From Lama guanicoe (lineage: Eukaryota): 64,000 nt of DNA. Made by a program: the position numbers and the translations under genes. Numbering within the stretch: position 1 is the first letter of the stretch; every line of letters starts with the position of its first letter. The stretch covers positions 1,054,001 to 1,118,000 of the forward strand of contig MU053472.1 of assembly GCA_013239625.1 (NCBI GenBank). The letters are read 5' to 3'. Below, one piece after another: positions 1 through 11,637 of this stretch. The notes below the pieces were generated by a model. The model worked only from the letters and a program-made list of their open reading frames with translations. It made no database searches and was not told the origin of the DNA.

Positions 1-171
1 GCCCTGACAGATACTATTCTCCCCCTCTCCATAATTGTGCTATTTGGGTGTTAAATCCCTATTTTACCACTAAGGAAACTGGGGTCCAAAGAAGTCAAAT
101 AAGCCGCAGCAGATCACCCGGCTTGGAGGGGGTGTGGCGATCTGAGCTCTGGGCCTCGGCATCAGCCTCAC

Positions 172-266
172 CTGCTGATGTTAATGATGTGCCCATCATC
201 CACCTTGCGCTCTTTCATGGACTGGTAGGCTTCCCGCGTGCAGATGCTGAGGGCCAGCACATTCAC
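172..266 (-). CDS. DHRS11: DHRS11 coding exon 3 (gene continues beyond the left edge of the window)
   Basis: cag|GTG AAT GTG CTG GCC...ATC AGC AG|gtgagg; 95 nt; translates VNVLALSICTREAYQSMKERKVDDGHIINIS, in frame with exon 2. Confidence 0.95.
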
Positions 267-2658
267 CTGCAGGCCAGGGAGGGCAATGGGGTGTCACCAG
301 CTTGGGCCCATCTGAGCAGGTGATGGAGCCACAGAGCACCCCCGGGGGTGGGAACCGGGAACGCGGGGGCATCCAGAACAGGGTCCAGGTCCCACCAGAG
401 ACCAACGATGGGCCAGGGCACCTAGCCTCTGGTGTTCCTCCCCTTAAGCCACCAGCCACAGCTGACAGCAGGAGCAGCATCTCTCCCTGGGTGATGCTCC
501 CAAGTTCTTGAAACAGGAACAGAAGTCTCCGCCACAGACCCACTCATGACCCAGGAGCCCTGTCTTGGCCGTCTCCTCTGCAAACAGCAGAACCTCTGTT
601 CTAGGGAACTGTCTCCTTTTCTTCCCCCAAATACCCTATACTTCTCTGGGACAGAGCCACTGGCCCTGCTCTCTCCTAAACAGCCTAAAATTCTCCCTAA
701 AATGGCTTTGAAAGTCTCTCCTCAAGCACAGACCCTAGCCTCTCCCCACCCTACCAGCTAGCCTCTGCACCTTTCCCGACCCCTCCCTTGAGTGGAGAAG
801 GCCTGACCCTCCTTCCTTCCTTGCCTCCCTTTAACCTCTGCTCCATCTACCAGAGTAGGCACTGAGACTCTTCAGAGGGTGGGGTAACTTGTCACAGGAT
901 GGCAAGGGACCTCCCAGGGGCATGGGGGCTTCCTGCCTTCCTTGGCCCCAGTCCACCCCTACTCACTCTGGCAGAGGTAAACCCAGATCCCCGCCCTTCA
1001 CGGAACAGAGGCCTGAAGGTCTCTGCTCTGAAGCTCCTACCAGCCCCGCCCCTTAGCCCTGCACGAGGACAAGCAGAGAGAAAGCTTTCGGCAGGTTTTC
1101 ACGTCTCTCCTCTCGGGAAGAGAGGAGACCAGCCAGGAGATTAGATGTTTCTCTTTATCAGGTGTCAGAGCCAGGCATCAGGACAGAACACACTTGGTGT
1201 GAACCTGCCCCAGCGTTCATGGCAGGACAGTGGAGGTTTCCAGCCCTATTGCTGGTCCTCTTAGCAATGTGGGTTTGTGGGGCAGAGAACCCAGCTGCTG
1301 AAGACAAACGGAGTAGGAGAAGTAGATCTCCTGGGGCCAGGGGTGTGACTCTCCTAGGTCTGGGGTCAGAGGTGGGAGTGAAGATGCCTCATAAGATGAT
1401 CCTAATAAAATTACATAATATTCAAGCCGAACGGGGTCTCAGAGGTTTAACATATGTGCCTGATTTTATAGATGGGCAAGTTGAGGTCCAGGTTTAGAGA
1501 CCCACTTACTGTAGGTGAGGACCACAACTTGGATCCTCCAGAAAACTCTCTCAGGGCAAGGGCAGTGCTTCATTTTCCCTGTCCATTGTTTCAATGTTCA
1601 TTGTTCATTTCCAGGCCCAAGCACCTGTTAGGTGCTACATCTGTTGTGAGCAGATGTAAAGAGGACTGGGGGGAAAAAGAAGCATCGCGTGTACGTACTG
1701 CTCTCAGCTTCTCAGAATATTTTCCTACCCTAATATTGCTCCATAATAAAGTCTGGAACTTAAAAACCCATGTCCTGAAGGCTGTGTTTGAGCCATACAT
1801 GGTTTTAAAACATTTTAAATTCACTTCCAACATGGATTGGAAGGTTTCAGTCATTCAGAAAAAAGTATCTATTGAGTGTCTGCAGGCTGAGGCTATAAAA
1901 GAGGATAAAATAGACAAAAATCCTGGCCCTCATGGAGCCAAGGTTTTGGTGAATGGGAGGAGTGGGACCTCACATGAAAATCTTGGCTCCCCACTGCTGT
2001 CAAAGAAGTCATAAGATCTGGCCACACGGGGCCCACACTGCGGGGGCTGCAGCAGTGGCCACCACCACACACACCGGGGTACTTTCCCACGTGACCCACC
2101 TCATTCATTTATGTATCTACCTCGCCTCAGGGGACACTGGAGTTTGTGACCCCAGATATTGATGGTCTAGGAGTGTCCATCCCAATCAAATGTGACAAGA
2201 CTGAGGTTCAGAGAGGGTAACTACCTGAAGCCGCATAGTTACTGGCAGAGCTGGGTGAGATTATCATCTCCTGTCTCTCTCCCTTCCTTTTCCTCCTAGA
2301 AGACCATGTTCCCAAGCACTCAGCACAGTGCCGACACCTGGGGACAGACAGCCGTTCTCTCCCCTACCAATCTGTCTTCCAACAGAAGGAAATCAGCCAG
2401 AGACTTTAAGAACTGCCCCCAGGGACTAAGAGAAAGAAAAACAGAAAAGATCTGGCCATGCATCCACTCACTGTCCCTCTGGTAAGGAAAGAAGCAGGAG
2501 AGAGTCAAAGAGCCCCAAGCAGGAACCCGAAGTCCCCTCTCACTAGATATCTGTCCCCAGCAGCCCTCTGGTGCTGCTCGGGACAGACATCCAGCGATGA
2601 TGCAATCTCCGGCAACCCGCTCCCTCCCAGCCTCACACTCCTGGCCTGCAGCCCTTAC

Positions 2659-2868
2659 ATTGAACATGTCCTTCCAACCGCTGGTGCTGCCCGAGAGCAG
2701 GGTGTCCGGCCGGGCCAAGCCAGCGTTGTTGATGCAGATGTCCACACCGCTGTGCTGGGAGCGGACAGCTGAGAACATGGAGAGGATGTCCTCCTCATTC
2801 GACAGGTCACATCTGTAGGGGATCAAAGTCCCGGGGTAGCCTGCACTCTTACATTCAGCCGCCAGCTC
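2659..2868 (-). CDS. DHRS11: DHRS11 coding exon 2
   Basis: tag|GAG CTG GCG...TTC AAT|gtaagg; 210 nt; ELAAECKSAGYPGTLIPYRCDLSNEEDILSMFSAVRSQHSGVDICINNAGLARPDTLLSGSTSGWKDMFN, containing the SDR NNAG motif. Confidence 0.96.
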
Positions 2869-5529
2869 CTATGAAACCCAACAGGGGTCTAACTGGGGTG
2901 AGCTGCTCACTCCACGCCTCCCCACCCAGACACAACCTCCCTCCGACGTCAACCACTCAGAACTCTCGCCTTTGGCAGCCACCTGGCGGCCACAGAGATG
3001 TTGGGACTGCCCATCCCCAAAGCTTTGGTCAAAGTCCAGGGAATGAGAGCACTCCCTGTGTGGGGGAGGGAAGGCTGAGCTCATCAATGGAGGAACCTCA
3101 TGGATAAACTCGAGTCTGCAGTTCTAAGAAGGGAGAGGGTCTAGGGCTGGGATGGGGGGTGCCAGAGAAGAGGTGCAGGGATCCTGGGAATGCAGTGATA
3201 TCTCTTTTCTGACTCTCTCCCAACTGGAACACCACCTCTGCTCGTAAGTAAGACGCCAGTCTCCCCATTCCATGCCTCTTCCGCCAGTGCCAAGCGTCAC
3301 TGAGCTGGTTACACCAGGGCCTCAATTCTCTTCTCCCCATCACTTCATCCAGTCGCTCCCAGAGCGTTTGTATCTGAACTATCGCCCTCCCTCCACAAAC
3401 TGCAGCCAGTCGGCTCTGAGTTCTCACACATACTTTTCAGTGGAACCCAACTGCCAGTCTCCCCTGGCCCTGCCTATAGAAAGGACCTGGAAGTCAGGAC
3501 AGACTCTTTCTCTCTGTCCCATGGTGTGCCACCCTGCACCAAAGTTTCTCTGGAGACAATGAGCCAAGTCAGGTGGCAGATGACCTTGGACACACCCCGT
3601 GCATTGCCAGGGCCCTCCAGACACTGAGGAGCCCTGAGAGAGAAAGCAGAGCTGCTGAGAGATGGCTGTGAGGGAACCTGACATTCAGAAGTGGGAAGAA
3701 AACAAGCTACGTGGTCGCCTTGAGGCCAGTGACTGGGCACCTGAGCCTCATGAAGGTGACTACGTACGTGTGTGGGAGGCAGAGGGCTGGTGGGTGCGGG
3801 GTGCCCGAGAGGAGGGTCAGCTTGGCCAGCTGCCCTGGAACACCTTCCTTCCCTCAAACCAAGCTGGGAATAAAGGGCTGGATCAGGTGACCTAGGAAAT
3901 TCTTTTCTGCTTTAACTTTCCAAGAGTTTAAGAGGTATAGTCCTCTGGGACTCAGAAGTCCCTCTGCACCGGATTTCACCTACTCACGACCACCTCAGGA
4001 AATAGGCCAGAACTTAAACTGTGTTTTTGTATCAGTGAGTGAATGAATCAATCAATCAATAAAACAAGACTGTGGGCGAGGAAGCCTGGAATTCTCCCCT
4101 CCCGTGGCATGCAAATTCTCCCTTCCTCCTCCAGACTCAAAGCCCTGCAGGAAAACCAGAATGGAAAGCCTGAGAATTTATTTCTCCTTGTCACTGCCTT
4201 CTCATTGCCCTACCTGTCCCCCTCTACCCTCAAAAATGACCTGAAATCATGTCAGTCCTCCCAGCAGAGGCATTCTCCCCTCATTAAAGGAGGCATCCTG
4301 GAGCTGAGTGAGCAGCTGGGGGATCCCCTTGGGGCTCAGGGACTACTTTCCTGGCTAGTTCAGGTTGGGCAGTAGGAGGAGAAGGCAAAGGTGGTTTTAG
4401 AATTGGGGAATCCAGTGGTCTAATCCCTGGCTTGATCCTCTAGGCTCCAAAGCATGGGTTTGGCCCTGAGTACCTCAGAATAGGAGAAAGGAGGGGCAGA
4501 GTTGGGCAATGGTATAGCCAGGTGACCTTGGGACTACCTAGGAGGCTATAAAGTGTACCTTTGGTCAGCAGCAGGGGAGGGGAGAGTCCTCCTTCCTGTA
4601 CACCTTCCCGCTCTGTCCCCACCCAAGGCCTCCTCACCCTCTCCCCACACAGGGACTTTGAGCAAGGGTGGAGATAAAGCTAGGCACTAGCCCAAATCCT
4701 GAAAGGGATCTTGCCAGGATCCAAAGTGATCCTGTGATGGAAATTTCTCGTCTTCTTCCTCCCTTGCTCCAACACTGCCAACTTCATTTCATTTTTCTCT
4801 GAGCTTATTGTTCACAACTCAGGGCTCCCAACTCTCATTAAGGCAAAACCAAGGAGTTTCAGCTCCACAATGCTTTGTCCCCTCAGGGCTCACATATTCA
4901 ACACCGTATTTTACCTACTCAGTCCCACCTGGGACAGTAAACTTGAAGAAAGGTCTAGCTATGAATATCCCATTCCTGTCTTATGTCCATTGAATAGGGG
5001 TTAATCCTTACATTTCAGGAGGAGGTGGGGCTAAGCCTCTTCCAAAGAACTCCAACCCCTCGCTCTGTCCTGGGAGAAGAATGATCATGATCAAAACCTC
5101 TAGCTCCTGCTCATCTGGATGGCCAGCCACTTTGCTTGGCTTTGTAGGCTAGGTCTGGGGACCAGAGGAAGCAATCCAGTAGCCAACTTAGCCACTGAGA
5201 CCAGAAAGCTTTCTTTCCTTCTCCCTGGCCGCCTAGGTAGCTCCTGAGCTATGGCTTCTCTCTTCTTCAGCCAACCTGGGCAGGCAGGTAGGAAAGAGGG
5301 AGAAAGATGCCAGGGAGTCAGAGATTTGGTACACTGGAGTAGAGCCTGTCAGGAGAAAAGGCTCCTTAAAAGATGGAACTTTAAAAAGCGAAGGTAGAGG
5401 CCTGCCTTGAAGGATCCCTACTAGGCAGCCATCTCTCCTGCCCCTGAGCCCGCTGCAAATGGCCCTGGGGTGGCAGGCCAGTGAAGGCAGAGTGACAGCC
5501 TGGCTCCAGCCAATCCTCCTCCCCAACCT

Positions 5530-6200
5530 GGACCCTATCCCGGCGGGAACGACGCCACCCAGAGAGAGCGACCCGCTCCTCGGCCGGGCCTTACCTCAAT
5601 GTTGCCCACGGTGCGGGCACAACCCACCACCTTCAGTCCCTGCTGGACCAAGGCCCGGGCCACAGCCGCGCCGATGCCCCCCGAGGCTCCCGTCACCAGT
5701 GCCAGCCGGTCACGCCACCGCTCCATGCCGGCCCTGGCCAGGGTCCCGAGCCACCCGCCCACCTCGTTCGGGGAGCCGGGCACTTGGATCGCGGAGCTCC
5801 GCCCCAGGTCGCAAGGGCCCGGCCGCTCTCTGGTCACCGCTGAAGAACCCGCCGCAGACTTGCCCCAGCCTGAGTCGCGCCTGGACCCGCCCCCACTCTG
5901 GCCGGCCTCCGCCCCCGGCTCCACCCTCCGCTCCTCGGCAATCGGCCGCATCCCGCGGCGGGGACGACCGCGGCCTGGTCGCCCCGCCCGCTACGCCTGC
6001 CGCGCGGGCACGGCCCCGCCCCTTCCGGCCCCGCCCAGTGCCAGGCAGGAGGAAACCGCTTCCCGCGGTGCCGGGCAGGAGGGTGCTGGGAGTTTGATGT
6101 CCTGCTTCCCCGAGGAGCTCCCACGCTTGCGGAAGGGAAACCAGGTTTAGCCGGGGCTTGCACCAGGCCCGAGAACGCACGTACTCTTGCCTCTTGCTCG
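5530..6200 (-). promoter_or_regulatory. DHRS11 CpG island / promoter
   Basis: Very GC- and CpG-rich stretch over exon 1; several GC boxes (ccgccc at about 5887, 5908, 5984, 6016, 6031). Confidence 0.8.
5595..5726 (-). CDS. DHRS11: DHRS11 coding exon 1 (short-chain dehydrogenase/reductase family member 11)
   Basis: ATG at 5726; MERWRDRLALVTGASGGIGAAVARALVQQGLKVVGCARTVGNIE with the TGxxxGIG Rossmann motif; ends GAG|gtaagg. Confidence 0.95.
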
Positions 6201-6529
6201 GTCTGCCTTCCCTGTTCCTGACCTCTAAGGCCAGGAAGAGAAATTAAGGGCACTTAAGGTGACTCCAACGGCCTCCTAAACCAGTCGGTGGCTGATGGGG
6301 ATTCAGCCCAGAAAGGATTGTCTCAGCTGAGTGACCTGGGGAGGGACTTTCAACCCTACGTGATCCCTCTGCTTTACTAATCAAGGACAACTGATGGTTA
6401 AAATGCAAACACCCCGAAGTACATGTGTACTGGGGAGACTGTATCCCTAATGCCCTACAGTTTCCAACTTTCCTAAGCCTTCTCACTTCTATTGGAGTAA
6501 ATGTATCACGATGTATACCAAAGAATAAA

Positions 6530-6700
6530 GCAGCAGCTAACATTTATTGAACACTTACTGTGTGCAGGCACTTTTAAGCACTTCATTTTAACCAATACGT
6601 ACAATAGCCATATGAGGTAGTACCTAGTAACACCTTCATTTTATAGAATAACTATACTGAGACAGGTGAAGCCTGGCTTGGACGGCAAGCAGTCCAATAT
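6530..6700 (-). mobile_element. MIR SINE fragment
   Basis: agctaacatttattgaacacttactgtgtgcaggcact...cattttatag resembles the antisense MIR core; boundaries approximate. Confidence 0.6.
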
Positions 6701-7690
6701 TAGGCCAGGGGATGTGTTCCTAAATTGCCTTCATTCCATTCTCCCTTTTGTCTCTTCTTCGGTTGCTGGTTCTGTGCTCTCTGACCACTAAAGATATTCC
6801 ATCAAAGCACTGAAAACTGCCTCACTCTGGTGTTAATATAATCATCCTTCCGAAGAGAAAACATCTCTGCATAACTACTGGAATTCCTCTACTGCAAGCA
6901 ATTGAATAAGCAGTGAATGTTGCTGGTTTAATTGTCCAACAAGCACTCCTGTGTTTGGCCCTAAAGGCAGTGATTAAAACAAAACCAAACCAGTCCTTGC
7001 TTTCAGGGATCTCAAGAGAAATCTAGACTGCAACAGGTAGTGGAGACTGGACTCAAAGCCAAGGACTGTGGGAGACCCTTAGTCATTTTTTATGGATTCC
7101 AGGATGAAAGCAAACAAGGGTCAGAAAGGAATGACTCATTTTATCTCTGCCCCAATCCCTATACAACACTTTGATTTGACGACAACTCAGCGGGTGAATC
7201 CAAAAAAAGTCACCAACTACAAAAATTAAATCACTAAGCTTCTACTTTTGCCCACTTGAAATCTGATTAGACATCTGATTAAGTGGCAGAGCGCCCATAA
7301 AATTCACTCCATCCCCACTGCACAGAGGTATTGACTGGCTCACTGTTTGCTGCCCACCAAGTATTATCGACATGCAGACACAAAGCTCTAAGCATGTGTT
7401 TACTGAACTACTGACTCAACCTTTTAAACGGCAGCCAAATGCTACTCCTAGGGGAATCTCTCCTTCAGTCTCCAAAGACAGCTTGTGAAAGCAGCAAACT
7501 TTAATACCATAGTGACTTTATTGTTAGAAACCAGATAAGGAACACACACACAAATCGCAATGTCGTTAGCTCTCGGGGCAGCCTTCTGATCCCAGTTGTC
7601 TACGCGCTGAGTGATTACTTAACAAGCAACCCTTGGTTGAAACTCTGCCAAGTTTTGTTTTCATTCTTCTAGTTCAATAGGAATCGCTGA

Positions 7691-7807
7691 TTTTTTTGTT
7701 TTTGGGGGGAGGTAATTATATTTATTTTAATGGAGGTACTGGGAATTAAACCCAGGACCTCATGCAAGCTAAGCATGTACTCTACCACTAAGCTATATAC
7801 CCTCCCC
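7691..7807 (-). mobile_element. tRNA-derived SINE, Vic-1-like (camelid)
   Basis: Reverse strand reads ggggagggtatatagcttagtggtagagtacatgcttagc...ctgggtttaattcccagtacctccatt with A/B boxes; flanked by gaatcgctgattt / gaatctctgaattt, a likely target-site duplication. Confidence 0.85.
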
Positions 7808-8157
7808 AAGAATCTCTGAATTTAAGGTGCTTTATGTTATGTATCAAGGAACTTTTAATAATAGCAATCAAAAGCCTCATGGGGAAGTATGATGCTACCC
7901 AGTATTTAAAGGTATTGCAACAAATTTATTCTTTCAAAACAAAAGACTGGAAACTGCTTTTCTCAGCTGTCAACGCTGATTAAGGGAAGAATTTTTTTTG
8001 TCTTCCACAATCTCTGTCTCTGTCCTCATTTGCTCTTCATCCTCTCTAACAGCAACACGGGCCAAGTACCAAGACCACAGGTGGCAAGTTAAAATACTGC
8101 CACACAGTAAGTAGAAACATGTACACCAAATTTTACTATGCGTATTAATAAATATTC

Positions 8158-8163
8158 TTTATT
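8158..8163 (-). terminator. Likely main GGNBP2 polyadenylation signal (AATAAA); further hexamers at 7925-7930 and 7517-7522
   Basis: tttatt on the plus strand about 410 nt after the stop codon, at the end of an AU-rich, repeat-free 3' UTR. Confidence 0.65.
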
Positions 8164-8571
8164 TTAAATTTTGCACATTGCGCTTTAACATTACATCCGA
8201 ACATTTCGCAAGTGGATGTCTACTTTGTAAAACCATATATTCAGCTCGTTGTCATTTCTGTACAGAAGTATAAGTACAACATTACTTTTTGCCACTAAGT
8301 TGCTTTAGTAAGTCTCACAGGAAGAGAAACATTTAATGAAAAGAGATGGCTTAAATCATACGGCAGGCCTGCGCAGCCGCACAACTAAAGACACAAGCCT
8401 GAAGAAAGAACAAACTAATGAGGTTACCTCCACCGTCCCCCAAAACGAGAAAGAATCACATTGATTTAAGATAAAATTTTGTCGTAAGTCACTAAATTAA
8501 GAGTTTTTTGAAAGAGAAGGCGCAGTAGTCATCTTGAGTGTTTCATTGAAAGACAGAGCTATTTTATTTAT

Positions 8572-8775
8572 TTAACTTGCTCCAGCCGTTGTCAACCAGC
8601 CACTACAAATGGGCCTCTTGTGATCATTTAAGCGGCAGTATTTATTAAATTTCTCCTTCAGATGCTGTCGGTATTGTTCTCTATTGCTGTAGAAAGACTG
8701 GTTATTAGCCATAAATGACTGTATTTCATCTTGTGAGATAAAGATTTCCTCATCTGAAGTACATTCAGATTCATC
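8572..8775 (-). CDS. GGNBP2: GGNBP2 last coding exon (exon 14)
   Basis: cag|GAT GAA TCT...GCA AGT TAA; DESECTSDEEIFISQDEIQSFMANNQSFYSNREQYRQHLKEKFNKYCRLNDHKRPICSGWLTTAGAS*. Confidence 0.96.
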   Translation of the reverse strand, partial: DESECTSDEEIFISQDEIQSFMANNQSFYSNREQYRQHLKEKFNKYCRLNDHKRPICSGWLTTAGAS

Positions 8776-9820
8776 CTGCAAATTAAAGCAGTTAAGTTAA
8801 AGTAGTTACAACTATGACTTAAATTAGGAATGTAAAATACTATGTGATGGAGGACAGCTAAAAATTAAAGCAAGCTAACTTTGTAGTTTTAATTCAGTCA
8901 CATAAAGCCTTTAATTGGAATGTTTACAGGATAAACATAATGTCATTTGGTCTTACTTAGTAAGAATAAAATGCAACTCAACTTGATGTGAAACTCTAGA
9001 TCTACAATTTGTTCTAGAAGCCTACTAAGAGACTACCAACACACCTTATTTAGCCTTAAAACATGATTAATTAGACAACCAGCCACCAAATTTTAAAAAA
9101 TCAAACTTATCTTTAGCTGTTCCTATGTTGCAACTTTTATGTCTACAAATTAAGTAAAATATAACATTTTTAAACTATAAGTCAAAGAGCATCACCATTA
9201 AACTTTACAAAAAAAAATAGTATTCTAAAGGATTTGGTTCCCTTAGGATCCTGTAATGACTATAAAAAGATACCACCCTTCTCCTTCCTTGCCCCTCTTC
9301 CAAGTCTCACACAAACTATGCACTGGGTTGCTTGGAATCAGGTATACTTCATCTAAAGTACCAAGAATTGGAGTCAATTATAAAAGATTTTCCAAGTTCA
9401 GTTATGTTTTTATTATATATGACACTTAAAGGAAGTAACCTAGAATGTGGGTTCTAGCTCAGATTCTGTATTATTTCCTGTTCTGAAGAGTGGCTACCAC
9501 AGATTGTCACTCAGAAAGTCAGTTTGCTTATAATAACCCTCCTCAAGGAGTCAGACTCCTATACGTAATACTAACTCTATCCCCTCTCCCAACTAGTCTC
9601 TTCTACCTACCTCTGAGACAAAGGAACGTGCTCCAGAGCAGGTACGTAGACCACAAGGGGAAGAGCAGGAACGAAGTCACCAAAAAAACAATGAAACACA
9701 GCCCCTAATTTCTTAAAAGCTTCCTCCTATTCCCAACTTTAAACTTTCAAATACTGTCCCCTCCCACATATACACTGTAATCAGTCAGCTATCCACAAGA
9801 AGATATCATGGTTTACTTAC

Positions 9821-10069
9821 AAGGAGTTCAACTAAGCTCTTGGCACCTTTTCCAGAATCAGGACCAAACGACGTTTCTGTAGGTTCTGCAAACTGTGCTA
9901 CGTTTTTCCTATGTTCAAACCAAGGCAGTGGCTGCCCACCCTTTTCAGAGCTGCAACAGCTTTCAGGATGTGCATCTTTGGTCTTGTCGCGGTGAAACAC
10001 TGTGTGCACAGTATTTCCTGAGGTCTCTCGATTACCTGGATCTGTAATACAGCTTCCAAGCTTTTGGAT
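9821..10069 (-). CDS. GGNBP2: GGNBP2 exon 13
   Basis: cag|ATC CAA AAG...CTC CTT|gtaagt; 249 nt; IQKLGSCITDPGN...KSLVELL. Confidence 0.95.
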
Positions 10070-10582
10070 CTGAAACCACAGCAAAAGGATTTCTCAGGCT
10101 AAAAAGGCAGGGAATAATAGCAATTACTAATTTTTAAAGGAAAAAAAAAATCTCTGACAGTGTGTTGAGATTTTACCAGGAATACTGAACAGCAGCAGCT
10201 GGCAGCTACTAGGCACTTAACTATGCACCAAACACTATGCTAACCCATCAATATAATCTCATTTCCTCTTCACGGATCCTAATCTGATAGAGACAATTAT
10301 CTCCATTTTACAGATGGAAAAAGAGATCAAGCAAGCTGCTCAAGGTTAGCTGATACATTTAAAACTATTATGAAAAGAATGAAAGTCACATGTTATGCTG
10401 GACAAAGGACCACATTAGACACATACGAATACAAAAATTACAAGATGAGCAACCAAAAGGTACTCATTCTAAAAAATAAACATCCTAGCAGCTAAGCTGT
10501 AAACACTTGCCACTCTAAGGAAAACAGGCTGTTCTCCCTTCAACACGTCAAAGGTTTAAAAGTTCCAAGTTATGACACTTAC

Positions 10583-10731
10583 ATGTTCATCACATTTTAA
10601 CATCTTGCTTTTCTTTTTCTTCTTTTTATTTTTTCCTTTGGTGTTGTTCTCTTCAGAATTTGCCCAACATTCAACACAACTATCACCATCATCCTCTTTG
10701 TCTTCACAGTGATGAACACAGGAGTCATCAC
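10583..10731 (-). CDS. GGNBP2: GGNBP2 exon 12
   Basis: cag|GT GAT GAC...GAA CAT|gtaagt; 149 nt; includes the basic KNKKKKKKSK stretch (NLS-like). Confidence 0.95.
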
Positions 10732-10813
10732 CTGCAGAAATCAATCATCTCTTATTTATGTGCTTAAATCAGCTATGCAGCAGAAATAACTGGGACGCTT
10801 AATCTGAACTTAC

Positions 10814-10939
10814 CGTGTTCATCGTGATTACAGATGCCTTCAGTGCAGGCAACATCTGAACCCTCCCGAGAACCTGTTTCACTCCCTTCCATGCTAGATG
10901 AGTATCCACAATCACTACCGTTACAGTGTGGAGATAAGC
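10814..10939 (-). CDS. GGNBP2: GGNBP2 exon 11
   Basis: cag|GC TTA TCT CCA...GAA CAC G|gtaagt; 126 nt; LSPHCNGSDCGYSSSMEGSETGSREGSDVACTEGICNHDEH. Confidence 0.94.
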
Positions 10940-11283
10940 CTGAGAATAAATCAGGTGAGAGCTACAATTAACATGCCAATAAATATGTTAAGACCAAGAG
11001 TGAACCAACTGGGGATCACAGAAACATTCCAAAATTAAAACAGTAAAAAGTAAATTAAATAATGAAAATATGATCAGGGATTTACAGGGCTTTTTTTTTA
11101 TTGTTGAATAGTAACATATCAAATACCATAAAGAAAAAGGAAATATTAGGTGTCTAAATTATATAATATTCTTGGGGCCATAAAGCAGTTCCTAAATTCT
11201 AGGTTATAGAATCTCTAAAAGCTCTTATATTTAAAAGAAAGAAAGAAAGAATAAACTTGAGTTAATTTTTTAAAACTACTTAC

Positions 11284-11431
11284 CTTTCTTTATTTTAGGG
11301 GACCCCAAAAGATTGCCACTGCTGGGACAGGTACACGATGTATTTTCGTTGGTAACGATTACTTCTACACAACTGTTAGCATCGTCAGTGCTGCCACAGG
11401 CTTTGCAGCTGTTTTCTATGAAGTCTGTCTC
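11284..11431 (-). CDS. GGNBP2: GGNBP2 exon 10
   Basis: aag|GAG ACA GAC TTC...AAG AAA G|gtaaag; 148 nt; ETDFIENSCKACGS...GSPKIKK. Confidence 0.93.
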
Positions 11432-11637
11432 CTTTAAGAATCAATATTAAGAGACAGTAAAAAGCTTCAACTTTATAATGGCTATATTTTAATTTTCTTA
11501 ACATTAGTCAATTAGACAGGAGCTATGAGGTTAAAAGCTAAAAAATAAAAAATCTATTCTAATGAAAAATCACTTTAAGACCAAGAACCAACTAAAAGCA
11601 AGTTAAAACTTAATGGTATCAAGGGAAGTCTAGGATA

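Noticed and set aside
5459..6253. Several 140-210 aa ORFs on both strands over the DHRS11 promoter
   Set aside because: Pro/Arg/Gly/Ala-rich products expected from stop-poor CpG-island DNA; only the DHRS11 exon 1 segment has a recognisable domain
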